Source of the DNA: Terriglobia bacterium
GTDB lineage: Bacteria > Acidobacteriota > Terriglobia > JAJPHL01 > JAPKYU01
Length of the DNA stretch: 64,000 nt
NCBI GenBank assembly: GCA_965206645.1
Contig: CBDBKE010000004.1
Location: 1,248,001 to 1,312,000 of the forward strand
Direction of reading: 5' to 3'
In this document: one piece after another, positions 9,955 through 19,510 of the stretch
Layout: each line of letters begins with the position of its first letter
Numbering within the stretch: position 1 is the stretch's first letter
Made by a program: the position numbers and the translations under genes
Notes under the pieces: model-generated
Told to the model about the DNA's origin: nothing
The model's database searches: none
Seen by the model: the letters and a program-made list of their open reading frames with translations, nothing else

Positions 9955-11220
9955 ATGCATTCTGAAAAAGCGTCAATATGCAATCTTGTGCTCCTGCTTG
10001 TTTTGTCAAGCGGCCTGATGGCACAGAACGTCTCGCTCAGCAGTCATCCCCATCCGTCGCTGGACTATCCGATTCGTGTGGTTGAAGCCGAGCCTTACTT
10101 GCGGCCGGGTACCAACATGAGACAGGAGGGAGACTTCAAGGCTGTCTACAGAAAGCTCGGTGTTCTGCCGGCAGAGCGGATGCGACTGCCAGTTCCCGGA
10201 TCCACTTGGCGCCTGGATGGCAGGGTGGGCCGGACCAAGGATGGTACCATCTACGCCGGGTTCGGAACTTATCTCTACTGGTCAAAGGACGAAGGCAAAA
10301 CCTGGACTGGCAAGAGACTCCAGGGCTTGCCGAACACACAAAAGGAGGCCGTTTCAGCTCAAGCCTTTGGCGTCGCCGGTCAATATATTTACGTGGCCCA
10401 TCGAGCGAGTGGACTGCCGCCCCTGACCCCCGGGGATGTGGAGAACCCAGCCGTAGCACCTGGAAAACACAAACTCTATCCACTGGTGATTTCTCGTTCC
10501 AGGGATGGAGGCAAAACTTGGGAAAGCAGCGAGCCTTTAGCCCCTCCTTCTTCCTATATGGCTTTAGCAGGAGATGGCAATTCTATTATTGTCCTGGGAG
10601 ACGGAACTCTCTTGGCGGCGCTTGATGCGTATAACCCCGATTTTCCAGCCGAACAAGCGGGGCGGTCTGCTCAGATATTCTTTCGCAGCACCGACCAGGG
10701 AAAAACCTGGGGAAATCCCACCATAATTCCGGATAGGGCTGCAGAAACGGGGCTCTTGTCCTTGGGGGGACTTCGGGTGATGGCCGCAATTCGGGGAATC
10801 CCTAATTCTAGGTTAGGGGGAAAGACTGTGCAATTAGCAGATTCAAACGACGGGGGACGAACGTGGAAAAACTTTCGACCCCTGAACCGGGTGTTCGGTC
10901 AAGCTCACTGCGACCTGGCACTACTTCCAGGAGGAGGGGTGGTAGCCGTTTATGAAAACCGTTACCCTTACGCGGAGGGCGGTGACGTGCGTGCCCGCAT
11001 CAGCTGGGACGGAGGCCGGAGTTGGGAACCAGAGCTCTACATCCTTATGAAGGGCCATGGCTACGCAGGTTCGGTAGCGACCAAGGATGGAGCCATCATT
11101 ACCGTGGCTGGCGATGGCCAAATTGGACGTGACGGTCGACCCACCGGAAGGGGCTACACGTTGCAGGCCATGCGATGGAGGCCCCGGGATAAGTCCGGTA
11201 AGATCGTGCATGACCAGTAA
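9955..11220 (+). CDS. Secreted BNR/Asp-box beta-propeller (sialidase-like) protein
   Basis: Signal peptide; five SxDxGxTW-type boxes; terminal GYAGS motif. Confidence 0.8.
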   Translation: MHSEKASICNLVLLLVLSSGLMAQNVSLSSHPHPSLDYPIRVVEAEPYLRPGTNMRQEGDFKAVYRKLGVLPAERMRLPVPGSTWRLDGRVGRTKDGTIYAGFGTYLYWSKDEGKTWTGKRLQGLPNTQKEAVSAQAFGVAGQYIYVAHRASGLPPLTPGDVENPAVAPGKHKLYPLVISRSRDGGKTWESSEPLAPPSSYMALAGDGNSIIVLGDGTLLAALDAYNPDFPAEQAGRSAQIFFRSTDQGKTWGNPTIIPDRAAETGLLSLGGLRVMAAIRGIPNSRLGGKTVQLADSNDGGRTWKNFRPLNRVFGQAHCDLALLPGGGVVAVYENRYPYAEGGDVRARISWDGGRSWEPELYILMKGHGYAGSVATKDGAIITVAGDGQIGRDGRPTGRGYTLQAMRWRPRDKSGKIVHDQ

Positions 11221-11251
11221 GATCGTGCATCACCGGTAGGATAGTGCATCA
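11195..11251 (+). repeat. Three imperfect 19-bp tandem repeats (CCGGTAAGATCGTGCATCA) spanning a stop codon
   Basis: Units start at 11195, 11214, 11233. Confidence 0.85.
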
Positions 11252-11296
11252 ATAAATAGTCCAGAGGCACAACCGAACACCTCCGAGGATTCTGTT

Positions 11297-12757
11297 ATGC
11301 GGACCAATCGTCGTGAATTTCTCGACAGTCTTGGCGCGGCCACGCTGGCTGTCGCCACCACCGCTCGGAAAGCGGGGGCGCAGCGGGCCAGCCGCAACGT
11401 GCTGGTGATTGTGGCCGACGACCAGGGGCTGGACCTCGGCTGCTACGGCAACCGCATGATCCAGACGCCCAACCTGGACCGGCTGGCGAGCGAAGGTGTG
11501 CGGTTCCCCTACGCCTTCACCTCCACCGCCTCCTGCAGCGCTAGCCGCTCGGTGATCCTGACCGGGCTGTACAACCACGCCAGCGGGCAATTCGGGCACG
11601 CCCACATGCCGCACAACTTCCACACTCTCCCGCACGTGCGCAGCCTGCCGCGCCTGCTCCGCGACCGCGGCTACCTCACCGCGGTGATTGGCAAGCTGCA
11701 CGTGCAGCCGGCGAGCCTGTATCCGTTCGAGGTTTCGGAGGAAGGCAGCCCGCGCGACCTGGTGGGCATGGCTCGCAAGGCGGCCTCGGTCTTTCACCAG
11801 GCACGTGACTCCAACCGCCCCTTCTACCTGCACGTCGGCTACGATGACCCGCACCGCGTCGGACGCGGCTTCGGCAATGAGCACCAGTATGCCGGCGTCA
11901 AGCCCGTTGTCTATGATCCGGCCAAAATCGAGCTGCCCTACTTCCTGCCCGATCAGCCGGAAGTGCGCCAGGAAATGGCCGAGTATTATCAGGCGGTCAG
12001 CCGCCTGGACCAGGGCGTGGGCATGCTGCTGGAGGAATTGCGCACCGCGGGCCAGGAGGAGCAGACCCTGGTCATCTACATCAGCGACAACGGCATTCCC
12101 TTCCCCGGCGCCAAGGCCACCCTATATGAGCCCGGCGTGCGACTGCCGATGCTTGTGCGCTCGCCGCGGCTGAAGCGACGCGGGCTGGTCAATACGGCCC
12201 TGGCCCACTTTGTGGACCTGTTGCCGACCTGCCTGGATTGGGCCGGCGCGCCACCGCCCGACTATCCCCTACACGGGCCTCTGTACGGCCCCGTGCACGG
12301 TCGCTCGCTGCTGCCCATCCTAGACCAGGAGAATCCCGACGGCTGGGATGAGGTGTTTCTGTCGCACACTTTCCACGAGGTCATCAACTATTACCCAGGT
12401 CGTGGCATTCGCACGCGCCGTCACAAGTACATCCGCAACCTGTTCCCGGAATTGCTCTACCCCTTCCCCAGCGACCTGTTCGCATCCCGGACCTGGCAGG
12501 GGAGCCTGAAGCGCAAGGACACGATGATGGGCCGGCGCCCGGTGGAGACATTCCTGAGGCGCCCGGCCGAGGAGCTTTACGACCTGGAGAAGGATCCGGA
12601 AGAGGTGCGGAACGTGGCCGGCTTGCCCCAGTACGCCGAGGTGCTGGCCACCTGCCGCAAGAAAGTGGACCAGATGCAGCAGGCGACGCGTGACCCCTGG
12701 TGGAATATCCACCAGCAGCGCCGCCGCCTGGCCGACTACCTGGGCGTGCCGGCCTGA
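11297..12757 (+). CDS. Tat-exported formylglycine sulfatase, N-sulfoglucosamine sulfohydrolase (sulfamidase)-like
   Basis: NRREFL Tat signal; ADD, CSASR..LTG, GKLHV, DPHR, SDNG, HTFHEV, ELYDL..DP. Confidence 0.88.
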   Translation: MRTNRREFLDSLGAATLAVATTARKAGAQRASRNVLVIVADDQGLDLGCYGNRMIQTPNLDRLASEGVRFPYAFTSTASCSASRSVILTGLYNHASGQFGHAHMPHNFHTLPHVRSLPRLLRDRGYLTAVIGKLHVQPASLYPFEVSEEGSPRDLVGMARKAASVFHQARDSNRPFYLHVGYDDPHRVGRGFGNEHQYAGVKPVVYDPAKIELPYFLPDQPEVRQEMAEYYQAVSRLDQGVGMLLEELRTAGQEEQTLVIYISDNGIPFPGAKATLYEPGVRLPMLVRSPRLKRRGLVNTALAHFVDLLPTCLDWAGAPPPDYPLHGPLYGPVHGRSLLPILDQENPDGWDEVFLSHTFHEVINYYPGRGIRTRRHKYIRNLFPELLYPFPSDLFASRTWQGSLKRKDTMMGRRPVETFLRRPAEELYDLEKDPEEVRNVAGLPQYAEVLATCRKKVDQMQQATRDPWWNIHQQRRRLADYLGVPA

Positions 12758-12899
12758 GCTCAGATACCATGTTTCACCCGCCAAGGATGGAGATTGGCCA
12801 GTCGAAGGCTAGTCAAGGGCTGTGAACCTTTGTTAGAACAAGTTAGGTCGGAATTTTGACCTCCAATTGGAAATTCTGGTTGAAGTAAGTTGAAGTAAA

Positions 12900-13769
12900 A
12901 TGATCTCGATGCGACCCGCGTTCCTACTCTGGGTGATCACCTCGGCTGCGCTCGTGCCCGTGTCCCTCCCCGCCGAGAAGAAGCCCCCACTGCCCAAGCG
13001 CTTTGTCATCGGGGCGATCAGTGTGACGCCCGAGGTGTGGGACAAGGAGGCCAACTTCGCCAAGCTCGACCGCTGGGCCCGCGAGGCCGCATCCCGCGGC
13101 GCGAAGTTGATCGTCACGCCCGAGGGTTTTCTCGAGGGCTACGTCGGCAACGAGAGGAAGAATCCCGAGGCGACCCGCGAGCGCTACTTCGCCATCGGCG
13201 AGCCGATCGACGGGCCGATCCTAGCGCGCGTCCGCGCGCTCGCGCGCGAGCTGGGCGTCTATCTTTCCCTTGGTTTCGCCGAGCAACGCGGCGAGAGGAT
13301 GTTTAACTCGACGGCGCTCATCAACCCTTCGGGCGAGATCGCATCTGTCTATTCAAAGAGCCACACCGCGCATGACGAGCCTTTCAATACCAAGGGTGTC
13401 CTGTTCCCCGTCGCCGACACCTCGCTCGCCCGCATCGGCTCGCTTGTCTGCTACGACCGGCAGTTGCCGGAGACCTCGCGCATTCTCGCCATCAAGGGAG
13501 CACAACTCATTCTCGTGCCCGCCTGGGGCAACTACAACGATCTGAACGACGCCATGATGCGTACGCGCGCTCACGAGAACAGCGTGTGGCTGGCCTTCGT
13601 GCACCCCAAGCGCGCGCTGATCATCGATCCACGAGGCGACGTCGTTGCTGCCGACGACGGCGAACACGACCAGGTCGTCACCGCCGAGGTCGTCCTCGAC
13701 GAGCGCGTCGGCTCCGGCGCCGTGCGCGACCGCAAGCCTGAAATTTACGGCGACCTGCTCGGCAAGTAG
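12900..13769 (+). CDS. Carbon-nitrogen hydrolase (nitrilase/amidase family) with signal peptide
   Basis: Glu-Lys-Cys triad motifs TPEG, YSKSH, VCYD; hydrophobic N-terminus. Confidence 0.88.
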   Translation: MISMRPAFLLWVITSAALVPVSLPAEKKPPLPKRFVIGAISVTPEVWDKEANFAKLDRWAREAASRGAKLIVTPEGFLEGYVGNERKNPEATRERYFAIGEPIDGPILARVRALARELGVYLSLGFAEQRGERMFNSTALINPSGEIASVYSKSHTAHDEPFNTKGVLFPVADTSLARIGSLVCYDRQLPETSRILAIKGAQLILVPAWGNYNDLNDAMMRTRAHENSVWLAFVHPKRALIIDPRGDVVAADDGEHDQVVTAEVVLDERVGSGAVRDRKPEIYGDLLGK

Positions 13770-13878
13770 ACCTCTCCCCGGCGACGGAGCACCCGAGAGC
13801 GCAGACACTCGTTATCTTTGACAGGGAAATACCGGGTAAACGGCGCCCTTGGCTGGAACAACAGGAGTGAAGTCCGCC

Positions 13879-14337
13879 CTACGGGCTTCCGCGCAATGAA
13901 GTTGTGAGCGGCCAGGCCTTGCCGACAACAGTGATCCGATTCGGGAAGTCGGACGAAAAGTGCTCGTAGCAGCACCCTTCACAGACTCCGGATAGTTTGA
14001 AAACATAAATCAAAGTGACACCTCGGGGATCTTCCTGAACCTCGTTTGATTTCCGGAACTTCCATTTCTTGGCATTCTCCTGCGCTGCCTTAGGCAGAAG
14101 ACCCGTGACAGGGCCACGGTGGGAGATCACCTCGATTCTCTCCACAGCACCATCCTCGCCGATTATGCAACGAACGACGATCTCCCCGTGTGCCCTTGCT
14201 TGAGCAGCCAGCGCAGGGTATTCCAAGGCTTCTAAATGTTCGACTGCCCACCCCTACCCTCGGAGGGGATCGGCAAAACTGACGCACATCACCAGAAGAA
14301 ATAACAGTCGATTGAAAGAGCACCAACAGTTTCCCAT
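13879..14337 (-). pseudogene. TonB C-terminal-domain protein with a premature TAG at 14254..14256
   Basis: AGGAGG RBS, then ATG 14337 encodes a signal-like peptide MGNCW...DPLRG, then TAG, then in-frame GWAVEHLEALEYPALAAQAR..G.IVV TonB_C. Confidence 0.75.
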
Positions 14338-14345
14338 CTTTCCTC

Positions 14346-14794
14346 CTATCGCTGCTGCATACGCCGCCGGATCCAGGCGGTGAGCGGGTGGTCCACGTAG
14401 ACGAAGCGAGTTCCGGGGCCGGCTCGCAGCAGGGTTTCTCCCCGGCTGCTACCGCAGCCACACAGCTGCCCTCCAGTGGCGTGGTCGTCTCCTGGCGGAT
14501 GATCTCTAGCGAGCCGGCCAGCACATGCAGATCGAAGCCAGCGGGAACGATCCTGTGCTGGAACTCAATCTCCCTGTGCACCTTGATGTAGACATCTACG
14601 CTGGAGTCTTCGCCGACCTGGCCGCCGAGCAAGCGCACCATGGTGCAGCGCCTGGAGCGCGCGAAGTGCGAGCCGTCCTGGAAGGGGTTGACCACCTGGG
14701 CCAGGTCGCGCACGTCGAGGCCGGCACCTCGTGCCAGCCGCTCGGCTTCCTCCAGCACAGTGGGGTCGCGCAGGATTTCCTCGACGGGGATCAC
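14346..14794 (-). pseudogene. Hypothetical (possibly cupin-like) protein, frameshifted near 14438
   Basis: Shifting frame after AGE gives TLLRAGPGTRFVYVDHPLTAWIRRRMQQR* ending at the RBS of the TonB gene; the tracked ORF instead runs over that gene. Confidence 0.5.
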
Positions 14795-14905
14795 TCGGTC
14801 ACTGGCCCCACCTCGCTCAGAGTCTCCTGGAAGTAACCGCGCCGACGAGGAGCAGGCCGACGGCGGTAGATTTCGAGATGCTGGGTGTCGGCCTCCTCGG
14901 CGACC

Positions 14906-15370
14906 TCAGTGCTCCTGTCGGCGGGCCTTTTTCTCAGCCGTTTTCTCATCTGGCTGCTTCTCCGTCGCGGCCTGATCCTGACCGCCAACCTGGATGGCCC
15001 GCCGGACCGCAACGCCAGGACCGCCGACAGCAGTCGGCAAGGCGGCCTCGGCACGCGCCTCCAGCTGCGCTGAGCGCGTCTCCAACGCAGCAAACCGGCT
15101 CTCGAAAGCTCCCACCCTGGCCTCCAGAGCGGCCAGCCGCCTCTTCAATGCCTTCGGCTCTAGCAAGTCCCCCCGAGCGCCAAGTCTGACACGGGTTTCC
15201 GCAGCTTTCCTCACCTCCTCCAGCTTTTCCAGAAAGCGGCGACTGGGCTTCCTACTACCTGATTCGTAGGAGCTGATCGCCGAGCGCGAATAGCCGGTCA
15301 GGCGAGCAAGCTGGGACTTGTTGATGTTTAAGGCTTTGCAAGCCTCTCGGATGGGCTTCGAAGAATTCAT
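14906..15370 (-). CDS. XRE-family HTH regulator with coiled-coil (phage repressor-like)
   Basis: NINKSQLARLTGYSRSAISSYESGSRKP HTH_3 signature; heptad LAALEARVGAFESRFAALE. Confidence 0.82.
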   Translation of the reverse strand: MNSSKPIREACKALNINKSQLARLTGYSRSAISSYESGSRKPSRRFLEKLEEVRKAAETRVRLGARGDLLEPKALKRRLAALEARVGAFESRFAALETRSAQLEARAEAALPTAVGGPGVAVRRAIQVGGQDQAATEKQPDEKTAEKKARRQEH

Positions 15371-15709
15371 GACATAACCAGTTGGCACATGTGTACTATC
15401 TGTGCTACACAAGTGACAGTATATGCATACATGCAAACAAACCTCGCGCTCCTACCGGCTCCACTGCTCTATGGGCTTCGCAATCAAGGTCCATAAGCTT
15501 TCTAACGCGGCTGAGGGGTTCCAGGCAATGGGAAAAGCGCAGAGGTTCGATGCGTGGCAAGGCGACGCTGCGCTCTGAGGGTCGAGCGCAGGGAGGCATT
15601 CTACTGCGCTCGGGACCTGGAGGCGGCGGGCAAAAAACCGCGCCCAAGATGGTCGTCTGCGTGGGCAACTCAGGCAACCGCCACAAGGCTGCCGACAGGA
15701 GCAGAAAGC

Positions 15710-16189
15710 ATGGCTACGAACCGACAATCTTCGCCGTCCGTCCGGCAAGCCCCACCTCGCGCTTCACACTGTTCAGCCGACCCGTCCTGTGTGTGGCCCG
15801 TGGCGGCCGAAGGCGTGTGCGTCCACCATTACCGCATGTTCCGCAAGCCTGAAGCTGTCTTGGGCACCATGCTCGGGTCCGTCAAAGGGCCGGAGACAGA
15901 AGCGCAGCAGCTGACCATCTCGGCAGTCTTCTCCGCAGCGCTTCGCGCCCCGCAATTCGCTGAAAGCACTGCCCCGCCGACCGTGGGGCGACCCCAGAAC
16001 AGTGGGACGGTCCGGCACTGCCGAAACCAGAGCTGCGGAACTCACCTCGGGGCGAACAATCGCAGCGGACTTTGCAAGCGGTGTGGCGACCGCATGCGCG
16101 CGTTCAATGTGCGGCGAGCACGTCGCGGCGCCGCGCGGTGGCTCTCGTTCGAGCAGTACGAGGCTGCCCGGAGTGGCCTGCGGATGTAG
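15710..16189 (+). CDS. Phage-like zinc-finger protein
   Basis: AGGAG RBS; C-x5-C-x7-GVCVHHY and CRNQSC-x11-CKRC metal-binding motifs. Confidence 0.6.
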   Translation: MATNRQSSPSVRQAPPRASHCSADPSCVWPVAAEGVCVHHYRMFRKPEAVLGTMLGSVKGPETEAQQLTISAVFSAALRAPQFAESTAPPTVGRPQNSGTVRHCRNQSCGTHLGANNRSGLCKRCGDRMRAFNVRRARRGAARWLSFEQYEAARSGLRM

Positions 16190-16305
16190 CAAAGATCTTC
16201 GGGATCGCAGAAACGCGACGTTCTGGTTTCAGGTCTGAATGTTTCTTCGGTAGCAGCACGCGGCAGATGCCGCGTGCTCTTTGAGAAACGGGGCGAAACA
16301 GCAGC

Positions 16306-16521
16306 ATGTCCAGGTCACACGATTGGGTTCGTATCGCCGATGCGGCACGCGCCACCGGCATCCCCGCCCGGACCATCCGCTGGTGGGCTGAGCGCCGCAA
16401 GATCCCGTTTGCCCAGATCGGTGGCCCGCGAACGTGGCTGCTGGTTTATCTGCCCGCGCTCAACCGGCCCGGCGTCAACCCATCGATACAGAGAAACAAC
16501 CGCAAAGATAGGCACCCCTGA
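16306..16521 (+). CDS. Excisionase/MerR-like HTH DNA-binding protein
   Basis: WVRIADAARATGIPARTIRWWAERRKIP resembles Xis/HTH_17. Confidence 0.72.
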   Translation: MSRSHDWVRIADAARATGIPARTIRWWAERRKIPFAQIGGPRTWLLVYLPALNRPGVNPSIQRNNRKDRHP

Positions 16522-16659
16522 AAATGCGTCTTGCCCGGGAGGAACCGATTGAACCATCCAGACTGGCAGATCCTACTCTCCACGCGGCTTTCGCTGAAGC
16601 TGCCCGGTGAAGACAGGACGGCCCACTACGCGCATTGCCCGGCGCCGCCACCGCGCGGC

Positions 16660-16851
16660 CTACCGAGCCCCGCGTTTCTTCTTCCTACTTTTCTTCTCGC
16701 TCTTGACGCGCGCGACTTCGCTTACGAACACATAGTACTCCACAAACTTTTCGCGCAGAGTGTCGTCCAGGCGCCCGGAGTGCAGCGACAGGCGCCCAGC
16801 GCCGACAAAGCCAGCAGCCAGAACGGCAGCGGCCAGAATTTCAGTGTTCAT
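16660..16851 (-). CDS. Small hypothetical protein with basic tail
   Basis: GAGGAG RBS before ATG 16851; hydrophobic N-terminus, KKSRKKKR C-terminus. Confidence 0.4.
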   Translation of the reverse strand: MNTEILAAAVLAAGFVGAGRLSLHSGRLDDTLREKFVEYYVFVSEVARVKSEKKSRKKKRGAR

Positions 16852-16896
16852 AGTGAGCTCCTCTCTTCCAGTGAAGTGCAACTCAGCAACAGGCAT

Positions 16897-16935
16897 TGCG
16901 TCGCCCAGAACTCCACGTTCCCGCCTTGAAAGGGC
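16897..16935 (-). other. Degenerate 3' half of tRNA-Glu(TTC), att-like scar
   Basis: Minus strand GCCCTTTCAAGGCGGGAACGTGGAGTTCTGGGCGACGCA resembles the anticodon arm to acceptor stem of tRNA-Glu with a T-arm deletion. Confidence 0.55.
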
Positions 16936-17104
16936 AAGCCAGCCTCAGAAGTCAGAATTGTAGTTGGTAACGATAGCGGGCGACAAGGAGAGATACAGGT
17001 CGCTGCCGCCGCTGTGGGGCCAGTGGGTGCACTTGTTTTAGATGGACTGAGCCTGCGGGGGCGGCGGCCTAGCGAGCGCAAGCGATTGGGATTATGTAAA
17101 CTCC

Positions 17105-18273
17105 TGCCAGCTCAACCGGTCGATGCAACACAAGCGTTAAATCGTTCTGCCGGAGTTTCAAACTCCAGCGTCTGACGGGGCCGTTCGTTCAGCTGACGTG
17201 CCACCTTGTTCAGATGCGCCTGAGAGTGCACCGACAAGTCCGTTCCCTTGGGGAAGTACTGTCGGAGTAGACCGTTGGTGCGACCGCGCTGCCATGGACT
17301 CTGAGGATCACAGAAGTATACGTCAATGTCGGCGCCAACGTGAAATGCTCGGCGAGCTCCAGGCCTCGATCCCAAGTCAGAGATTTGTACAGTTCCGTCG
17401 GCAGCTTCTTCGCGTGCTTGATGAGCGCCGACACGACCGTCTCCGTTTTCTTGCTGGATACTTTCGTAAGCATCACGAGCGCGTATGACGTTCGACCAGA
17501 GTCGCAATGTGGCTGTTCTTCGATCCGGACAGCAGATCGCCTTCCCAATGACCGGGCACGGCACGATCTTCGACCGAGGCCGGGCGCTCACGGATCGATA
17601 CGATGTCGGTGATCTGTCCTCGTCCATGGCCTCTCAGACTTGCATGTCGGGATCGACGAATCGTCCGCTTTGACCGCAGATGCTGCATCAGCTCTGCCTT
17701 CAGCGCACCGCGGGCTTGAACAAACAGGCTGCGGTAGATGGTCTTGAGACACGTGATAGGACGGATCCTTCGGATAGGCTCGTTTCAGCCAGCTGGCGAT
17801 CTGCTCAGGCGACCAGTTTATCAGCTTTCTGGCCACTACCCGTCGTAGTTGTGGATGCTTGACCAGCTGACCGCTTCGGCCGGCGGGCCCTCTCCCCGGC
17901 TTGCTCATCGGCCTCCGCTGCTCGATAGTCATTATCGCCGCCATTCCGCCGAATCTCCCGGCTCACCGTCGATGGTGAGCGACCCAGCAACCCGGCGATG
18001 GATCGTATCGTGATGTGCCGCAATGCCTCGAGAGATCTCTTCGCGCTCCGACAACGTCAGTGCCCAACATGAACGGCGTGGTGGCCGAGGACGGATGCCT
18101 CCGTACGGAGCAAGCTGATGGTAAACAGACGATGGCTGGTCCAATCGACTTGAGCGACTCCCCTCGTTTCCACCGATCCCACACCTCCTCCAGCGCCAGC
18201 GTGTAACCGCGACGAGCTCTTTGCTTCATCCGCATACACTCCACCTCCTCCTTTCAAGGCAAAGTGTTGCGTC
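17105..18273 (-). mobile_element. IS30-family element, degenerate (transposase split by several frameshifts)
   Basis: Fragments LTLSEREEISRG, LGRSPSTVSREIRRN, WSPEQI, GHWEGDL, SLTWDRG, YFCDPQSPWQRG, LLRQYFPKGTDL; end GCCAGCTCAACCGGTCGATGCAACA. Confidence 0.88.
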
Positions 18274-18483
18274 TGAGACCACCCCCATTTAGTCACGAAA
18301 AGTGTCTATCCTGCAGTCACACAGTAAAGTGGGCGAGCGTCTCCCTGGCGCAGCTGAAAGGGACTCCAGTTCAATTACGGTTTGTCATGAGAGACGCCGA
18401 CCTTTACTCGATTCGGTTCAAAGAGTAACTTATGCACTCAGGTATTCTTGCAACGCGAATTCTTCTTCTAAAGGAGGGCTGCG

Positions 18484-19509
18484 GTGTCGCATTCAGGTCG
18501 GGTGGGATTCATGCTTGGGGTAGGCATCGTCGCGGTGATCGCCATGTTTGGATTGGTGGCACACGCCCAGGATAATCCGTATCGCAGTGTGGAGGGTTGG
18601 GCGCAGATCCCCGAGGGGAGGGAGTGGGGATCGACGAGCGCGGTGCATCCGGCTCAGGACGGCAGCATATGGGTAGCGGAGAGATGTGGCCAAAACAGCT
18701 GCGTCGGTCGAGATGATGTCCCGCCGATCCTCTTGTTTGATTCCTCAGGCAATCTACGGAAGAGTTTTGGCGAGGGGATGTTTGTGTGGCCCCACGGTAT
18801 CGATGTGGACCAGGACGGAAACGTGTGGGTGACCGACGCACAGGGAGAAGGTGGAAAGGGCCATCAAGTCTTCCAGTTCAGTCCGGATGGAAAGGTGTTG
18901 ATGACTCTGGGCACCGCGGGGGTCGCCGGGAAGGGTCCGGACATCTTCAATGGGCCGTCTGATGTGCTGGTTGCTCCCAATGGCGACATTTTTGTCGTGG
19001 ACGGCCATATTGTCGTGGATGGCCATGGTGAGAATGGTAACAACCGCGTGGTCAAGTTTTCCAGCGATGGGAAATTCATCAAGGCCTGGGGGAAAACAGG
19101 AACAGAACCCGGTGAGTTCCAAGATCCCCACGCCCTCGCCATGGATTCCCAAGGACGGCTGTTCGTCGGCGACCGGGGCAACAATCGGATCCAGATCTTC
19201 GACCAGGAGGGAATCTACATCGCGCACTGGACACAATTTGGTCGGCCGAGCGGGCTGTTCATTGCTGAAGACGACACCATTTATGTGGCCGACTCGGAGT
19301 CGGACGCGCGCCGGAACCCGGGCTGGAAGAGAGGCATCCGAATCGGGAGCGCCAAAGACGGCCGGGTCACGGCCTTCATTCCAGACCCTGAACCGGATCC
19401 GGACAACTCCAGTACGAGCGGGGCGGAAGGCGTTGCGGCCGATGCGATAGGCAACCTGTACGGGGCAGAGGTCGGCCCGCGGATGTTGAGGAAATACGTC
19501 AAGCGGTAG
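18484..19509 (+). CDS. Secreted NHL-repeat protein (peptidyl-alpha-hydroxyglycine lyase-like)
   Basis: Signal peptide; NHL repeats FVWPHGIDVD, FNGPSDV, FQDPHALAMD, DRGNNRIQIF; internal 18-bp duplication (VVDGHI-VVDGHG). Confidence 0.88.
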   Translation: MSHSGRVGFMLGVGIVAVIAMFGLVAHAQDNPYRSVEGWAQIPEGREWGSTSAVHPAQDGSIWVAERCGQNSCVGRDDVPPILLFDSSGNLRKSFGEGMFVWPHGIDVDQDGNVWVTDAQGEGGKGHQVFQFSPDGKVLMTLGTAGVAGKGPDIFNGPSDVLVAPNGDIFVVDGHIVVDGHGENGNNRVVKFSSDGKFIKAWGKTGTEPGEFQDPHALAMDSQGRLFVGDRGNNRIQIFDQEGIYIAHWTQFGRPSGLFIAEDDTIYVADSESDARRNPGWKRGIRIGSAKDGRVTAFIPDPEPDPDNSSTSGAEGVAADAIGNLYGAEVGPRMLRKYVKR

Positions 19510-19510
19510 A

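Noticed and set aside
14090-14345. C-terminal part of the 234-aa ORF
   Set aside because: Out-of-frame run-through over the TonB gene, caused by the frameshift near 14438
18250-18260. CCTTTCAAGGC as a third tRNA-Glu fragment
   Set aside because: Only 11 bp, opposite in orientation to the other scars, and part of the IS30 leader/RBS region
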